Source of the DNA: Octopus sinensis
Lineage: Eukaryota
Assembly: GCF_006345805.1 (NCBI RefSeq)
Contig: NC_043004.1
Location: 95,046,001-95,110,000 of the forward strand
Length of the DNA stretch: 64,000 bases
Direction: 5' to 3'
The notes beneath the pieces are model-generated. The model searched no databases and had not been told where the DNA came from. It saw nothing but the letters and a program-made list of their open reading frames with translations. Below are positions 23,579-36,330 of this stretch, piece after piece. The stretch's first letter is position 1. Each line of letters starts with the position of its first letter. Both the position numbers and the translations under genes were made by a program.

Positions 23579-24551
23579 ATATAAACATATATATATGTAT
23601 GTATATATACATATGTAGATATGTAGATATGTAGATACGTATATATATATATATATATATATAATATACAAAGAGGGAGAGAGGGAGATAGATGAGAGGA
23701 AAGAGAGAAAGAGACAGAGAGAGAGACAAAGACAGACCGACAGACAGAAAAGGGAACACACAGACACACACACCCACATATACATACATGTATATATCTA
23801 GGTATGTATGTATGTTTAGAGAGAGAGAGAGATAGGGGGTGAGACGGACTGACAGAGAAGAGAGCACAAAATGAAATATTCATCCATCATGATGTCGTCT
23901 TCTTTCATCAGTAACTAAGCTAGAAGCAGTTGATCACTAATCTGTGGAGAAATGACTAAACAGGTGTGGTTATCTGGTGTTATCAAGAGACATCTTAAGT
24001 CAACCAACCAAACAATCATATTCAGATGAAGAATTACAAGAGATAAGATCACAAAGATAATTAATGGCGATCATGTTAATACAAAATGTCAGTCTTAGTT
24101 CTTTGTGGACTTGCCAAAGAGAATGAATGTGCACTTATCAGTAATAGTTACTGCAAATAGATTAGACAAAACATGCCATTCTGTTATCGATTGGGGTACT
24201 CTGTTGAGAAATAGACAATAAATACATTTATAAATACATTTTCATTTCGTACAAATGGAACAAGCTTTTTTTTTTGTTTGTTTGCTTCTGTTTCTTTCTT
24301 TTTTTTCTTTTTTCTTCTTTTGATAGTGTTGGTGGTTATGTTGTTCTTGATATTTGTGTTTTCCTTCAGAACAATGTTATGAAAATGAATTATGTAATAC
24401 AAGAATTATAAAGTTTGATATATATTTCTTCATTCGCTGACAGTAATTTGCAGCGATGATACATTCTAAGGTCGAAACTTGACAAAAGACTACTTTCTTG
24501 CATATTTTGCCTTTTATCTCGCTTTCATAGATAATATTATTTCGAAGTAGC

Positions 24552-25450
24552 AAGGCGACGAACTGGCAGAAACGATAGCACGCCGAGAGAATATGCTTAG
24601 CGGTATTTCGTCTGCCGTTACGTTCTGAGTTCAAATTCCGCCGAGGTCGACTTTGCCTTTCATCCTTTCGGGGTCGATAAATTATATAATCGATTTAATT
24701 CGTCTGTCTGTGATTGTTTGTGTCCTCTGTGTTTAGCCTCTTGAGGGTAGTAAAGAAATAGGTATTTCTTCTGTCTTTACGTTCTGAGTTCAAATTGTGC
24801 TGAGGTCGACTTTGCCTTCCGTCTTTTCGGGGTCGTTTAAATAAGTACCAGTTACGCACTGGGGTCGATATAATCGACTTAATCCGTTTGTCTGTCCTTG
24901 TTTGTCCCCTCTATGTTTAGCCCCTTGTGGGCAGTAAAGAAATAAGAAACGTTAGCACGCCGAGAGAATATGCTGAGTGGTATTTCGTCTGCCGTTACGT
25001 TCTGAGTTCAAATTCCGCCGAGGTCCACTTTGCCTTTCGTCCTTTTGGGGTCGATAAAGTAAGTACCAGTTACGTTCAGAGGTCGATCTATGCTGGAGCA
25101 CCGCCTTTAGTCGAGTAAATCGACCCCAGGACTTATTCTTTGTAAGCCTATTACTTATTCTATCGGTCTCTTTTGCCGAACCGCTAAGTTACGGGGATGT
25201 AAACACACCGCCATCGGTTGTCAAACGATGTTGTGGGGACAAACACAGACACACAAACATATGCACACACACACACACATATATATATATACGACGGGCT
25301 TCTTTCAGTTTCCATCCACCATATCCACTCAGAAGGCTTTGGTCGGCCCGAGGCTATAGAAGAAGACACTTGCCCAAGTTGCCACGCGGTGGGAATGAAC
25401 CCGGAACCATGTGGTTGGTAAGCAAGCTCCTTACCACACAGCCACTCCTG
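24552..25450. mobile_element. SINE family A trimer (+, 24552-~25089) fused to a SINE family B copy (-, ~25090-25450)
   Basis: Three family A cores followed directly by reverse-complement family B. Confidence 0.85.
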
Positions 25451-25889
25451 CGTTCCATGTAAATATTATGTTTTTTCTACATAAATTTATTTGATATTGT
25501 AAACGAACAAACTGGTGAGTTTATTTTAATAGCCTATCAATGTAAACAGCGAATTTCTTTGCCCTAGGTATCGGGAAGATACTCAGCAAGAAATGGAAAC
25601 AAAATTAAAGGAAGAAGAAAAACAAATTATCTTTTAGAAGAGCAATTCACCACACAAAATACTATTTTTAACAAAATATTGTTTAATAAAATTGTCTCTA
25701 TACACGGCTTTGACAAAGCTGAAGACATTGGTTCTCACGTCTTTTGTGAGAATGGTCATATGACTTCCCTTATTGTGTAGAATTCTACAGATTTGGAGGA
25801 TATTTTAATGTTTTCAATCGTTTACTGGTTTATGATGACATCAAAGCTTTGATGCTGGTTGCCTAACAGTATATCATCATTTGAACAAA

Positions 25890-25958
25890 AACGATGACGA
25901 TGATGATGAGGAGGATGATGACGATGACGATGATGATGATGATGATGACGATGACGAC

Positions 25959-25989
<31 letters not shown>

Positions 25990-26211
25990 ATGATGGTGAT
26001 GATGATGATGATTATGATGGTGATGGTGATGGTGATGATGATGATGATGATGATAATGATGAAGATGATAACGATGACGATGATGACGATGATGATGATG
26101 ATGATGACGACGAGGATGAAGATGATGATGATGATGATGATGATGATGGTGATGGTGATGATGACGAAGACGTTGATGATGATGATGATGATGATGAGGA
26201 TTATGATGATG

Positions 26212-26243
<32 letters not shown>

Positions 26244-26372
26244 AATGATGATGATGATGATAATGATGATGATGATGACGATGACGATGATGACGATGAT
26301 GATGATGATGATGACGACGAGGATGATGATGATGATGATGATGGTGATGGTGATGACGATGATGACATTGAC

Positions 26373-26403
<31 letters not shown>
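25890..26403. repeat. ~510-bp imperfect (GAT)n trinucleotide repeat with an internal higher-order duplication
   Basis: GAT units interrupted by GAC, GAG, GAA, GGT, AAT and TAT; the block ...GACGACGAGGATGA...GGTGATGGTGATGA... recurs at ~26105 and ~26313. Confidence 0.95.
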
Positions 26404-26868
26404 CTTAATAATATCCTATAGTCATACTATTTCCAATAACTTTTAAAGCAGCCCTCTACCATTATATACCCATGAAACCAGTGCCGTCTTTAAAGCACGG
26501 GCATGAACATCAAATAGCCAGGCGCCCCATTGATCTAGGCATCCAGTTTGTATCTATGTGTCCTGGAGCATATATGTATATTGTGTTGTGAAGGGGAAGG
26601 GTCCTAAAATATTGTTAATAATCACCTAGTATACGACTACCATGTACAGTTATGTCAAAAGTATACAAATCCATCCAACCTCTCTCTGCAAATCAACAAA
26701 GATACCTGTACGTGGTCATTCAAATTATTAAAAATAGCAGCCAGATTTTTTATCAGAAACTGTCCCTTAAAGGGACCATATTATATAATGCAGGCGTGCA
26801 TTTGCCAAAGAAGCCATGCAGTGGGACTAAACCTGGAAGCAACAACATTACTAAGGATATAATTTAAG

Positions 26869-26943
26869 GTTAATCAAGGGCAGAAGATCATTCTTGGTGT
26901 TACTGAGTTGATGCCTAGTGTTAATGTCCGCAAAAAGTATGAG
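26869..26943 (+). CDS. Weak candidate exon (VNQGQKIILGVTELMPSVNVRKKYE)
   Basis: Phase 0 to 0, donor GAG|GTAATC, compatible with 19472-19512; the acceptor lacks a good pyrimidine tract. Confidence 0.2.
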
Positions 26944-27031
26944 GTAATCTCCTAGATCTTTGCATTAAATCGTAACTCTGCTAAGTGTACCCAGTTATCA
27001 GGTGGTAATAATTCTGCTGCTGATGTGGTTG

Positions 27032-27394
27032 CTGTTGCGCGAACGGTCTTCGTCCCAGAGCTCGCAAGATGGGAGAAGTCCGAAACGTGGTCCTTTGCTA
27101 TTCGTAAGGCCCGCAGAAGAGAAAGCAGGTCACCCCCGCCCCCGACACCGAGAGCATCGACGGATGGATGAATGCGCATGTAGGCTCAGCGGTTGCGTAG
27201 GAAGTCGGGGATAAGAAACAGGAAGAAAGAGTGAGAGAAATTTGGGGCGAAAGAGTACAACAAGGGGTCGCCACCACCCCCTGTCGGAGTCTCGTGGAGC
27301 TTAGGTGTTTCCGCTCAATAAACACACACAACGCCCGGTCTGGGAATCGGAACCGCGAGTCGGCTACCCTAACCACTGAGCCATTGCGCCTCCA
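27032..27394 (-). mobile_element. SINE family C, tail type 3 (CpG-rich), with 12-bp TSD
   Basis: TSD CTGATGTGGTTG at 27020-27031 and 27395-27406; family C head and body joined to an unrelated 3' module. Confidence 0.88.
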
Positions 27395-27639
27395 CTGATG
27401 TGGTTGGTGATTATCCTGGTAATGATTGTGATGGTGGTGGTGGTGGTGGTGGTGGTGGTGGTGGTGGTGGTCGTCGTCGTCGTCGTCGTCGTCGTGGGGG
27501 AGTGGTAAATAGTCTGGCATGTTTGGCTGACTTCCATCTGAACTGAGGATAGCACTATTAATTGATATACTTGATTTATACCACAATTTATAGACAGTAG
27601 CATTTCCAATGCACCGACCACTAGTCACTGCATTTCTGA

Positions 27640-28060
27640 CAAAGAGAGAGAGGAAGAGACAGAGAGGAAGGGAGACAGAGGAAGAGAGAGAGAGGAAGAG
27701 AGAAACGAGAGAGACAGAAAGAGAGGAAGAGAGACAGAGGAAGAGATAAACTAGAGAGAGAGAGAGAGGAAGAGAGACAGAGGAAGAGAGAAACTAGAGA
27801 GAGAGAGAGAGAGAGGAAGAGAGAAACTAGAGAGAGAGAGACAGAGGAAGAGAGACAGAGAGGAAGAGAGGGAGGAAGAGAGACAGAGGAAGAGAGAGAG
27901 AGGGAGAGAGAGAGAGGAGAAGAGAGAGGAGAAGAGAGACAGGAAGAGAGAGAAGAAGAGAGGGGAAAGAGAGAGAGGAAGAGAGAGAGAGGAAGAGAAA
28001 GAGAGACAGAGAGGAAGAGAGACAGAGGAAGCGAGAGAGAGGGGAAGAGAGAGGGGGAGT
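27640..28060. repeat. Purine-rich compound (GA)n/(AGAGG)n repeat
   Basis: Direct inspection. Confidence 0.95.
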
Positions 28061-28429
28061 GTGTGTGTATGTGTGTATGACAGGTGAGTATTAGTAAGTT
28101 GGTGGACTTCTTTCAAGGAGCAGGTTTTTTTACCTGTGTTTACATCCTTTGGCATATGTGTGTAAGAATACATACACATAAACAAGTGGGCACGCATGCG
28201 TGATAATGACGGACACTAAAAATTCATTCTCAATATCACATTGCTTGATAAGGCTTTCTTTATGTGTGGATTTTGGACATAACCATGCGTTGTGATCCAC
28301 AATCTTCAAGTGCTCCGCATTTAAAATGTTGTGAAGAGCATTTCTATTTAGGGTTTATATATATACATATTTTCCGGTCACTTCAGCCATGTAACCACAT
28401 GCGTGCGTTTCTTGGACTTTTTCATTCTC

Positions 28430-28606
28430 CAGGGCTTTCCTTTCTCCTCTTTCTGACGAAGAGCCATGCTCAAAACGTTATACACCCACTCTTTTTTCTA
28501 TCTTATACTGAGAGTCAAGTTAATACATTCCACTCTTGTACGTCCTTTAGACTTTTGTTGCTTCGTTATTTGTTATTTTTTATTTTCGATTTACCTATAT
28601 ATATAT

Positions 28607-28656
<50 letters not shown>

Positions 28657-28745
28657 CCAATATATACATATATATATAGTTAATCCAAACACGAAAGCAC
28701 AAAAAAACACAACGCGAGGACGTGGAACAAATATAGTATATTGTA
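28430..28745. mobile_element. Hammerhead-bearing pLTR family 2 (+, 28430-28590) and a partial related copy (-, 28675-28745) around (TA)n
   Basis: CTGACGA-A-GAGC-cat-GCTC-(A)AAAC-GTT at 28453-28479; downstream sequence similar to the reverse complement of 39928-40135. Confidence 0.6.
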
Positions 28746-28766
28746 TATATATACATATATATATAT

Positions 28767-28855
<89 letters not shown>

Positions 28856-29089
28856 GTATGTATATATGAAAAGGTCATGTATACATGTGGAAAATAGTGA
28901 TTTGACGTTTATATCTAGCATGTTGACCGTCCACTTTTAGTGGTCAGTCCTTTAAATTTTGTATGTAAAAATATTTTAATCTTCAGATTTTTTTAATATG
29001 CTGGGCCACCGGTTTTAATTGATTAATATCAATTTCTACCCTTATTAAATTTTAAATTATATATATATATATATACATACATACATACA

Positions 29090-29121
<32 letters not shown>

Positions 29122-30191
29122 ATTATATATGTAGTGGATAGATTGATGAATGGAGATCTAGACGGACTGGTTGACAGACGGGCGATGGATAGTCAGATGG
29201 ATCAAATTCCCTTCACAAAATATTGGGCAGTCCCCGGCTATAGTAACAAACACCTTTTCAGTAGGATCAAACCTAGAACCGTATTCTTGTGAAGCGAACT
29301 TCTAATCCTATGGCCTGCACTCACTAAACTTACTACAATCATTTCTTGACACCACTTCATTGTACAACCTACTTGCAACGCACAATCATCGATTATACAA
29401 CTCAATGAAGGTGTCCCTACATTGTTGCTTAACTTGCTAGAAATGACAGTTTAATGTCCCTCAAATCACACCTCTATTGTCTTAGATAGAAAGAAAATGG
29501 GAAACATTGGCTAATATTGTCTTATATACATTGAGTATGAAGGGGGGAAAAGATGGAATAATCATAGCAAGAATGCATTTGATCATGGGTTTGCTTGATC
29601 AGGCTTGACCTTTGGCTCTCCACCACCACCAACAAAACTGATTGTTGTTACCATCTTCCATTACATTAGAATGACCTTCTACTGTACATACAATTCCAGC
29701 TACCACATATCTGTCTATACTATCTTAAACTACCTTAATTATTGTAACCATCTAGCATACCGCAACATGTCCACACCATCTCGGCTTGACCTCAACTCCA
29801 ACCCTGACCCCCATAAACCACTACAAACCCTTGAATCAATTCCTTTTATTGATCCAAACGTTGCTATTCTAAAGCAATAAAGAAGTAATACGTTTCACCA
29901 TCTTAAATACTATAATCATCAAAAGAGTCCCTTCAGAGCATTAATGAAGTGTCTTTGACAGCCTTTGTTACCATTCCTTTGAAACATGCTACCATTGTTA
30001 TCTAAGTATTATGTCACTGCCAGCCTTGCATAGAAGCTCTCCTAAATCTATCTTCCTCATGACTTTGAGTGCTTTTCTATAATTACTTCCCTCGCAAAAT
30101 GACCACGTACCACTCCATGTCCTTTGTACGTTGAGTGTGAGTGTGTGTATATGAGTGCAGTGTCTCTGTGTGTGTGCGTGCGTGCTGTGCG

Positions 30192-30230
<39 letters not shown>

Positions 30231-30442
30231 TGTGTGTGTGTGTGTGCAGTGATGTGTAAAGGTGTACGTGTATACATGTGTTCATGTTATATCAAGGGAT
30301 TTGGTTATTGGTTGTAAGAACGCATTAAAGCATATATGATAGTTTATATATACATACATATATATATAAATATATGTATATATATATATATATAATATAT
30401 ATATATATACATATATATATATACATATACATATTTGTATAT

Positions 30443-30482
<40 letters not shown>

Positions 30483-31480
30483 GTATATATATATACACAT
30501 ATATATGTATACATATATATATAGATAGATAGCCAGATAGATAAAGAGATAGATATAGATATTGATATATACATATATGTGTGTGCGTATGCATATTTAT
30601 ATGTGCGTGTCTATACGTACGTATATACATCTATATATTTATTCATGTGTGTGTATGTGTATATAATTTTAGACTCCCCCATAAGTAGAGTCAACTGACG
30701 TCAATTGCAAGAGACCCTTAGATATAACAAAATAATAATCCAGTTTACTAGCACAGTTCTACTCACTACTCCCAAAGATGTGTATAAAAAAACATCATGT
30801 CTCTTCATAAAAGTACAAACAACCAAATAAATTATATATATATATATATACATATATATACAAATATATATGTGCTGGTATATGTGTGCATATGTATATA
30901 TGTGTATGTGTGAGTATGTATATACGTGTACGAGTTAGCGTCTCTCTATTCATTGAGCAAGTGTGTAGTAATGCAGGCCTTAATGTGAATGGTGCGCGTA
31001 CATTGTAGGTATGTCGGGTAGGTTATTGGTATGCTTGTATTTATCTACTCAGTCGATGCACTTTGATGTGTTACACGCTGAAATGTATCTAATCTATGCA
31101 TAGTTATTGCTCACATGACCATGTGTACGTGTTAAATATAGAAGCTCCTCAACATATATATATATATATATACATATGTATACATATATAATATATATAT
31201 ATATGCATGTGTGCATGTATGTGTGTGAATAGATAGATAGATGTATATCTGTATGTATTCATACTCATTACATATGCACACGCGTATTCGTGGAGCATTG
31301 AATTTTATAATAAATGCACTTCTCTACGTAGATCTTGCATAGAACTATAGCCAACATTGGTGCATATATTACAATATATATGTCTGACACAATCATAAAT
31401 ATACTATGGACATGGATGTTCCTATGTCGGTCATGTATGTATGTATTTATGTATTATGCATGTATGTGTGTGTATGTATG

Positions 31481-31530
<50 letters not shown>

Positions 31531-31534
31531 ATCG

Positions 31535-31711
31535 ATCGCTACCCACTAAAGCATTTTTTTATTCTCTCTCTGTTTATTCTCTCGTGTTCCTTTCTGTTGA
31601 AGAGCGTAGGCTCGAAACCTAAAAGATTTTCTCACCTTCCCGAGCGTTAAACTAATACACCTGTTTGTTGTTTATACACCAGTCTTCGTCTTTTGCTTGT
31701 TTGTAAATTTC

Positions 31712-31715
<4 letters not shown>
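31535..31715 (+). mobile_element. Hammerhead-like pLTR family 1 copy
   Basis: CTTT-CTGTTGA-A-GAGC-gtag-GCTC-GAAAC-CTA-AAAG at 31590-31625; homologous to 39180-39355 and 60860-61030. Confidence 0.7.
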
Positions 31716-31748
<33 letters not shown>

Positions 31749-31909
31749 ATTAATTAATTAAAAACTTAAGGTAACAAGAATATTTATCGAAAAATTCTTA
31801 GTTACCAGTGATCCAGCGAGAAAAGAAATGAGTCAATAAACTATATATTATCCAGAGAATAATACAGTGTACATTCAACGTACACCGTCTATGTGTTCAG
31901 TCTTGGCAA

Positions 31910-31996
31910 CCTACTGAGGACGCAGCGCCAGATATAGACTGAGATTATTTTATTTCAATCTGTATTTAAGTCTGCAGAAAACTTGCAGGGTCTAGG
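31910..31996 (+). ncRNA. Type I hammerhead ribozyme motif with long stem II (family 5), partly degenerate
   Basis: CCTA-CTGAGGA-CGCAG-[~16-bp hairpin]-CTGCA-GAAA-ACTTGCAGGG-TC|TAGG; downstream flank homologous to 39770-39850. Confidence 0.7.
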
Positions 31997-32114
31997 ATTA
32001 AGGTAAAAGTTTTTATTTTTCAATCACTTTCGGAATTACAACAATTGGTGGCTTGGAGTTTTTAACTGCTCTTTCTAGCGAGTCAGATATCTTATTCTGG
32101 TATCTCTTTTATGT

Positions 32115-32167
<53 letters not shown>

Positions 32168-32168
32168 T

Positions 32169-32208
<40 letters not shown>

Positions 32209-32338
32209 CATACATACATACATACATACATACATACATACATACATACATGTACACCTAGTTTTTATTCTGTGTATATGTGTGTGTGTGTATGTGCACA
32301 TACATCTAAGTCTACACGAGAGAATCTAATCGCTTATA

Positions 32339-32853
32339 CAGGGTATCTCAGATTTAACTATCCATTTCAGCAAAATCGGACAGTTTTTTTTTTTAAATTC
32401 ACTTTTATTTATGTTTATCATTTTTAATGTGTTTTAAAAGTGCTTTTTTTATTTTGTTATAATTTTATAATTTTTATAATCTCTTTAAAATTTTATTTTC
32501 ATTCCTGTTGGATTCCATTTATCTGTCCAAGACATCTTCTTTTCAATTTGGCTGCAATCATTTATCTACTTCCATCCCCAGGATGGAGTGATAGTTTAAC
32601 TGAAATTAAAGAACGCATTCAGTCAACAGCGCAGAAGAAATGCGCTCCTGAAATGCTTCAACATGTTTTTTTTCCTAAGGTTAGATTGGAAATTTGCAAA
32701 GATACAGACAGAACATATGTTGAAAATAAGATCTATAAATCTATTTATTTTGGTATCATAATTAAGAAACATAAAATTCGGTCATTTTTTTTTTCTTAAT
32801 TTTTAAATTTGCCTAATTTCATTGAAATTGATAATAAATTCTGAGACATCCTG
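32339..32853 (+). mobile_element. Tc1/mariner-derived MITE
   Basis: TA-flanked TIRs CAGGGTATCTCAGA / TCTGAGACATCCTG; internal transposase C-terminal remnant (P.GFHL...SLTEIKERIQ...PEMLQHVF). Confidence 0.8.
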
Positions 32854-33235
32854 TATATATATAAAAAGACGGAATGGTCACAGCTGGAATGTGCTGCTGT
32901 CATAGGTCTACTTAGTCAAAGCTATCTTATATTTTATACTGTTATTGAACTGCAGGTATGACTGTGTTTAATAAAGGTATGGTTTCAAATTCATTATGAC
33001 TGAGCGTCACTCTAGAAGTTGTCTTCTAGCACGGAGCTGAAATTATTATGTCTTGTGGATGAATTTGGTTAACAGAAACTGTCAACCAAAATATATGTAC
33101 GTATGTATGTATGTATGTATGTATGTATGTATGTATGTATGTATGTATGTGTGTATGTATGAATGTATATATTTATTTATGTATGAATGGATGGATGGAT
33201 GCATGCATGCATGTAAGCATGTATCTGTGTGTATA

Positions 33236-33990
33236 CGAGGCCTGATCAATAAGTATCTGGACTGGTGCTATAAAGACAAAACTATAATACGTACTGATTT
33301 GGCATTTAGCCTCCTTCAAAGGAGTCCCCCTTCCGAAGCCACACATTTAATCCAGCGCTGTTTCCATTGATAGAAGCATTCCTAGAACTCGTTTTCTGAG
33401 ATAATCAGTAGCTGCCTCGTTGCATTCTGCCTTTCAAGTGGGATCTGATTTTTGGAAAGAAGAAAAAGTCACAAGAGGCGAGATCAGGTGAATACGGTGG
33501 CTGTCGGACCTGGTAAATGTTTTGCCTAGCCAAAAACTGCTGCACAAGCTGCGTTGTCATGGTGCAATTGCTACTCACTGGCCGCATGCAACTGTGTTTT
33601 TTTTCCCAACGAATGGCAACCTTCAAATGCCGTAAAACATCACGGTAGTACTCTTTGTTTACTGTCTGACCAGATGGAGCATACTCATGATGAACAAAAT
33701 GGTTTCTTGTGGTCGAAGAAAACGGTCAACTGTGTCTTCATATTGCTTCGACTCATTCGTACTTCAATCTCGAAGAAGTTCGGGTCTTCCACTGCGAAGA
33801 CTTAGCTTTTATTTCGGAGTCATAGCGATAGACCCACGATTCATCGCCTGTTATGTCCGTTTTCAAAAACTTTTTATCGTTCTCGACAAAATCAAGGCGA
33901 TCTTGTGCAACTGAATCCCGAGTGTCTTTTTTTTTTGGTCAACTGAAAGCAGTTTTTGCACAAACTTAGCAGGCACGCATCGTCTCATAC
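33236..33990 (-). mobile_element. Mariner (DD34D) transposase 3' half plus TIR, pseudogenised
   Basis: Minus-strand ITGDESWVYRYD, YAPSGQTVNKEYY, QPPYSPDLASCDFFFFPKI; TIR CGAGGCCTGATCAATAAGTAT after TA. Confidence 0.9.
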
Positions 33991-34150
33991 CCAAAACAAA
34001 AGACGAAGACCGGTTGAATAAAAAAAGCAAGCAGATGTATTGGTTTGACTCTCGGGGAAAGTGAGAAAGTCATTTACATTTCGAGCCTACGCTCTTCAAC
34101 AGAAAGGAACTCGAGGATATTAACAAAGAGAGTATAAAAAGAGAGAGAAT
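33990..34150 (-). mobile_element. Hammerhead-like pLTR family 1 copy truncating the mariner
   Basis: Reverse complement of CTTT-CTGTTGA-A-GAGC-gtag-GCTC-GAAA-TGTA at 34072-34106. Confidence 0.65.
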
Positions 34151-34500
34151 AAAAAAAAACTTGTGAAGTTTGTATTATTGTATATTGAAGAATTTTACAA
34201 TATTGAGATAAACTCGTACTTTCATGAGTTACACGACCATCAAGTTTATGTGGAACACGACTGTCACTGCATAAATTTTAATGGTTGTCTAATGCATGAA
34301 ATCACGCGTTTATTTCAATATTGTGAAATTGTAAAATTTGCAAATAATAAAACATGAAAATCAGACTAAGTTGGAATTTCTTTGATTACTATGTGTGTGA
34401 GTGTGTGTGTGCATGCATGTGTGTGTGTATAAAATCACTTTTACACTTCAAAACTGTTAAGTAATTCTCATAGACTTTCAAATATACATATAAATATATC

Positions 34501-34698
34501 TGTGGCGGGTTTTTGCTATATAAATGTTAGTGTATATGGTTATGTATGTCTGTTTAGACCCCAAAAGGCTCTCTGAATCGATGCTTCCCCGAGAAAAACG
34601 AATTTGATTTTCGAATTCTGCGTCCCACAGACACGTAAAAATAAAAGATATAATTTGCTATGAGAAACCACACTACTTTCAGATCGACAACTATCACA
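34501..34698 (+). mobile_element. Possible short solo LTR
   Basis: TGT...ACA termini, TATA-like and AATAAA-like signals, flanks ATATC / CTATC; however the 5' 60 bp and its upstream flank are duplicated at ~36077-36160. Confidence 0.3.
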
Positions 34699-34789
34699 CT
34701 ATCATCATCATTATCTTGCATGAATATTATGGTTATCTTGAAGGTCTTTTTTTTAATCAAGGTCCATAGTACTCCTTCTGGAAGGCTAT

Positions 34790-36075
34790 TTAAGCATCTG
34801 CAGGCGCTTTCTCAAGACCTGCCATAATACCTGTCCAAATCATGATGCCCAAAGTCCATCCCCTCCTCACCGTGGTGGGGACGCTGGCAACGGGTAGTGT
34901 CAGAGCTATGCCGTCGGGAACTTCGGTTCCTGGTAGGGCCACCCAAGGCGGATTATCTGACACCGAGTGGTTTTAGGGCCACAACTCGGTGAAAATACTG
35001 AAATAAACGAGTGATTTCATGCATTAGGCAACCATCAAATTTATGCAGTGACAGTCGTGTTCCACATAAACTCGGTTTTAGGGCCACAACTCGGTGAAAA
35101 TCCTCAGAGTGTCTGTTTCGGCAACCGGCGGCTCCTCAGTCGTTCTGTCTCTGCGTCTGTGGACAATCTGCGGCAAACAGAATGTCTCTACATGCGGGAT
35201 TGTTGGGGACCGCTTGTGAAATCCACATATTCCCACGAAACTTCTTCCAACTTCTTCGAGATGCCTCGAGGGTGATAGAAGAAGCCGACTTCTTCTGAAT
35301 GTCGCCACGAGTACAAGTACAAGTAAATCATGATGCCTTCTCTCCTTTTTAGCGTCTCAAGTTCTACTGATGATCACATCCATTTACAATCCATCCCTTG
35401 CTCCAACCTTCAGTGCACCACGGGTAGTACGAGTTTTGTCCGTAAAAAAAAAAAACTTTTGAAAAGTCAACCTTCATATTATCTTCTGTCCATTTTGTTT
35501 AGAAGAGGCCTTTGAATTCATGTCACTGGTTACCGATCTTTTTCAGAAGAAGACATTGGATAGTTCTGGACGCAGTTGTTTTTGCCAATACGCTCGAAAA
35601 GTTCTCCACTACTAAGACCTGGGTTCTTACAGCTACACGCTTAATTCCTGACAAAGGACTTTGAGAAACAGCCCTCGACTGATACTTGTGGGTTCTCTTA
35701 CGTATCTTCGTAAGAACTGTAACAATTTTTTTTCAGTTTCGTGATATCTTTCAACTATTTTAGAGATTTCTAATGTTGATTTACCTTTTGAAAATTCAGA
35801 AGTAATACGAGATTTCTCTGAAGCAGTTGAGTCACATTTACGACCCATAATTACACTATTATCAGATTGCTCGTTAATAATTTGGAAAACTGAATGTTCG
35901 TGGAAATCATGCAAATGGCCGCGGTTTGTACACACCTGCTCAAAACCTCGCGTTTTTTACACATCACGCGCATATAACTGTTGCTATCATTCTGTGGAGA
36001 CTTTTGTTGAATTTCAACCAGTAGTTTTTAAATAAAAGAAAAAATGCTATATCGCTTATAATTTGAAATGCAGTA
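34790..36075 (-). mobile_element. Tc1-like transposon 5' part (TIR, HTH, first catalytic D), interrupted by an RTE-derived insert
   Basis: MGRKCD.TASEKSRI.SE.SKGKSTLEISK..., NPGLSSGELF, SRTIQCLL, TD.TR.T....GWSKGW, GIMI|WTGI; TIR near 36050-36075. Confidence 0.82.
34850..35324 (+). mobile_element. Internally deleted, non-autonomous RTE derivative (structured 5' UTR plus 3' zinc-finger remnant and (CAAGTA)n tail) with 13-bp TSD
   Basis: TSD AAATCATGATGCC at 34837-34849 and 35325-35337; tail GAGTACAAGTACAAGT; TICGKQ.VS.CG remnant. Confidence 0.75.
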
Positions 36076-36162
36076 TATACATATTAATATATCTGTGGCG
36101 GGGTTTTGCTATATAAATGCTAGTGTATATGGTTATGTATGTCTGTTTAGCCCCAAAAGGTT

Positions 36163-36299
36163 AACCAACCACATGGTTCCGGGTTCAGTCCCACTGCGTG
36201 GCATCTTGGGCAAGTGTCTTCTGCTATAGCCCCGGGCCGACCAATGCCTTGTGAGTGGATTTGGTAGACGGAAACTGAAAGAAGCCTGTCGTATATATG

Positions 36300-36330
<31 letters not shown>

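Noticed and set aside
25500-25640. Donor GTGAGT (25515) and acceptor (25567) flanking an exon-like YREDTQQEMETKLKEEEK frame
   Set aside because: The implied intron is only 53 nt, the upstream segment has no acceptor, and the downstream frames stop quickly.
30690-30815. Minus-strand TATGA-A-GAGAC...GTCTC with a downstream palindrome, resembling a hammerhead
   Set aside because: There is no GAAA after stem II and the 5' core is incomplete.
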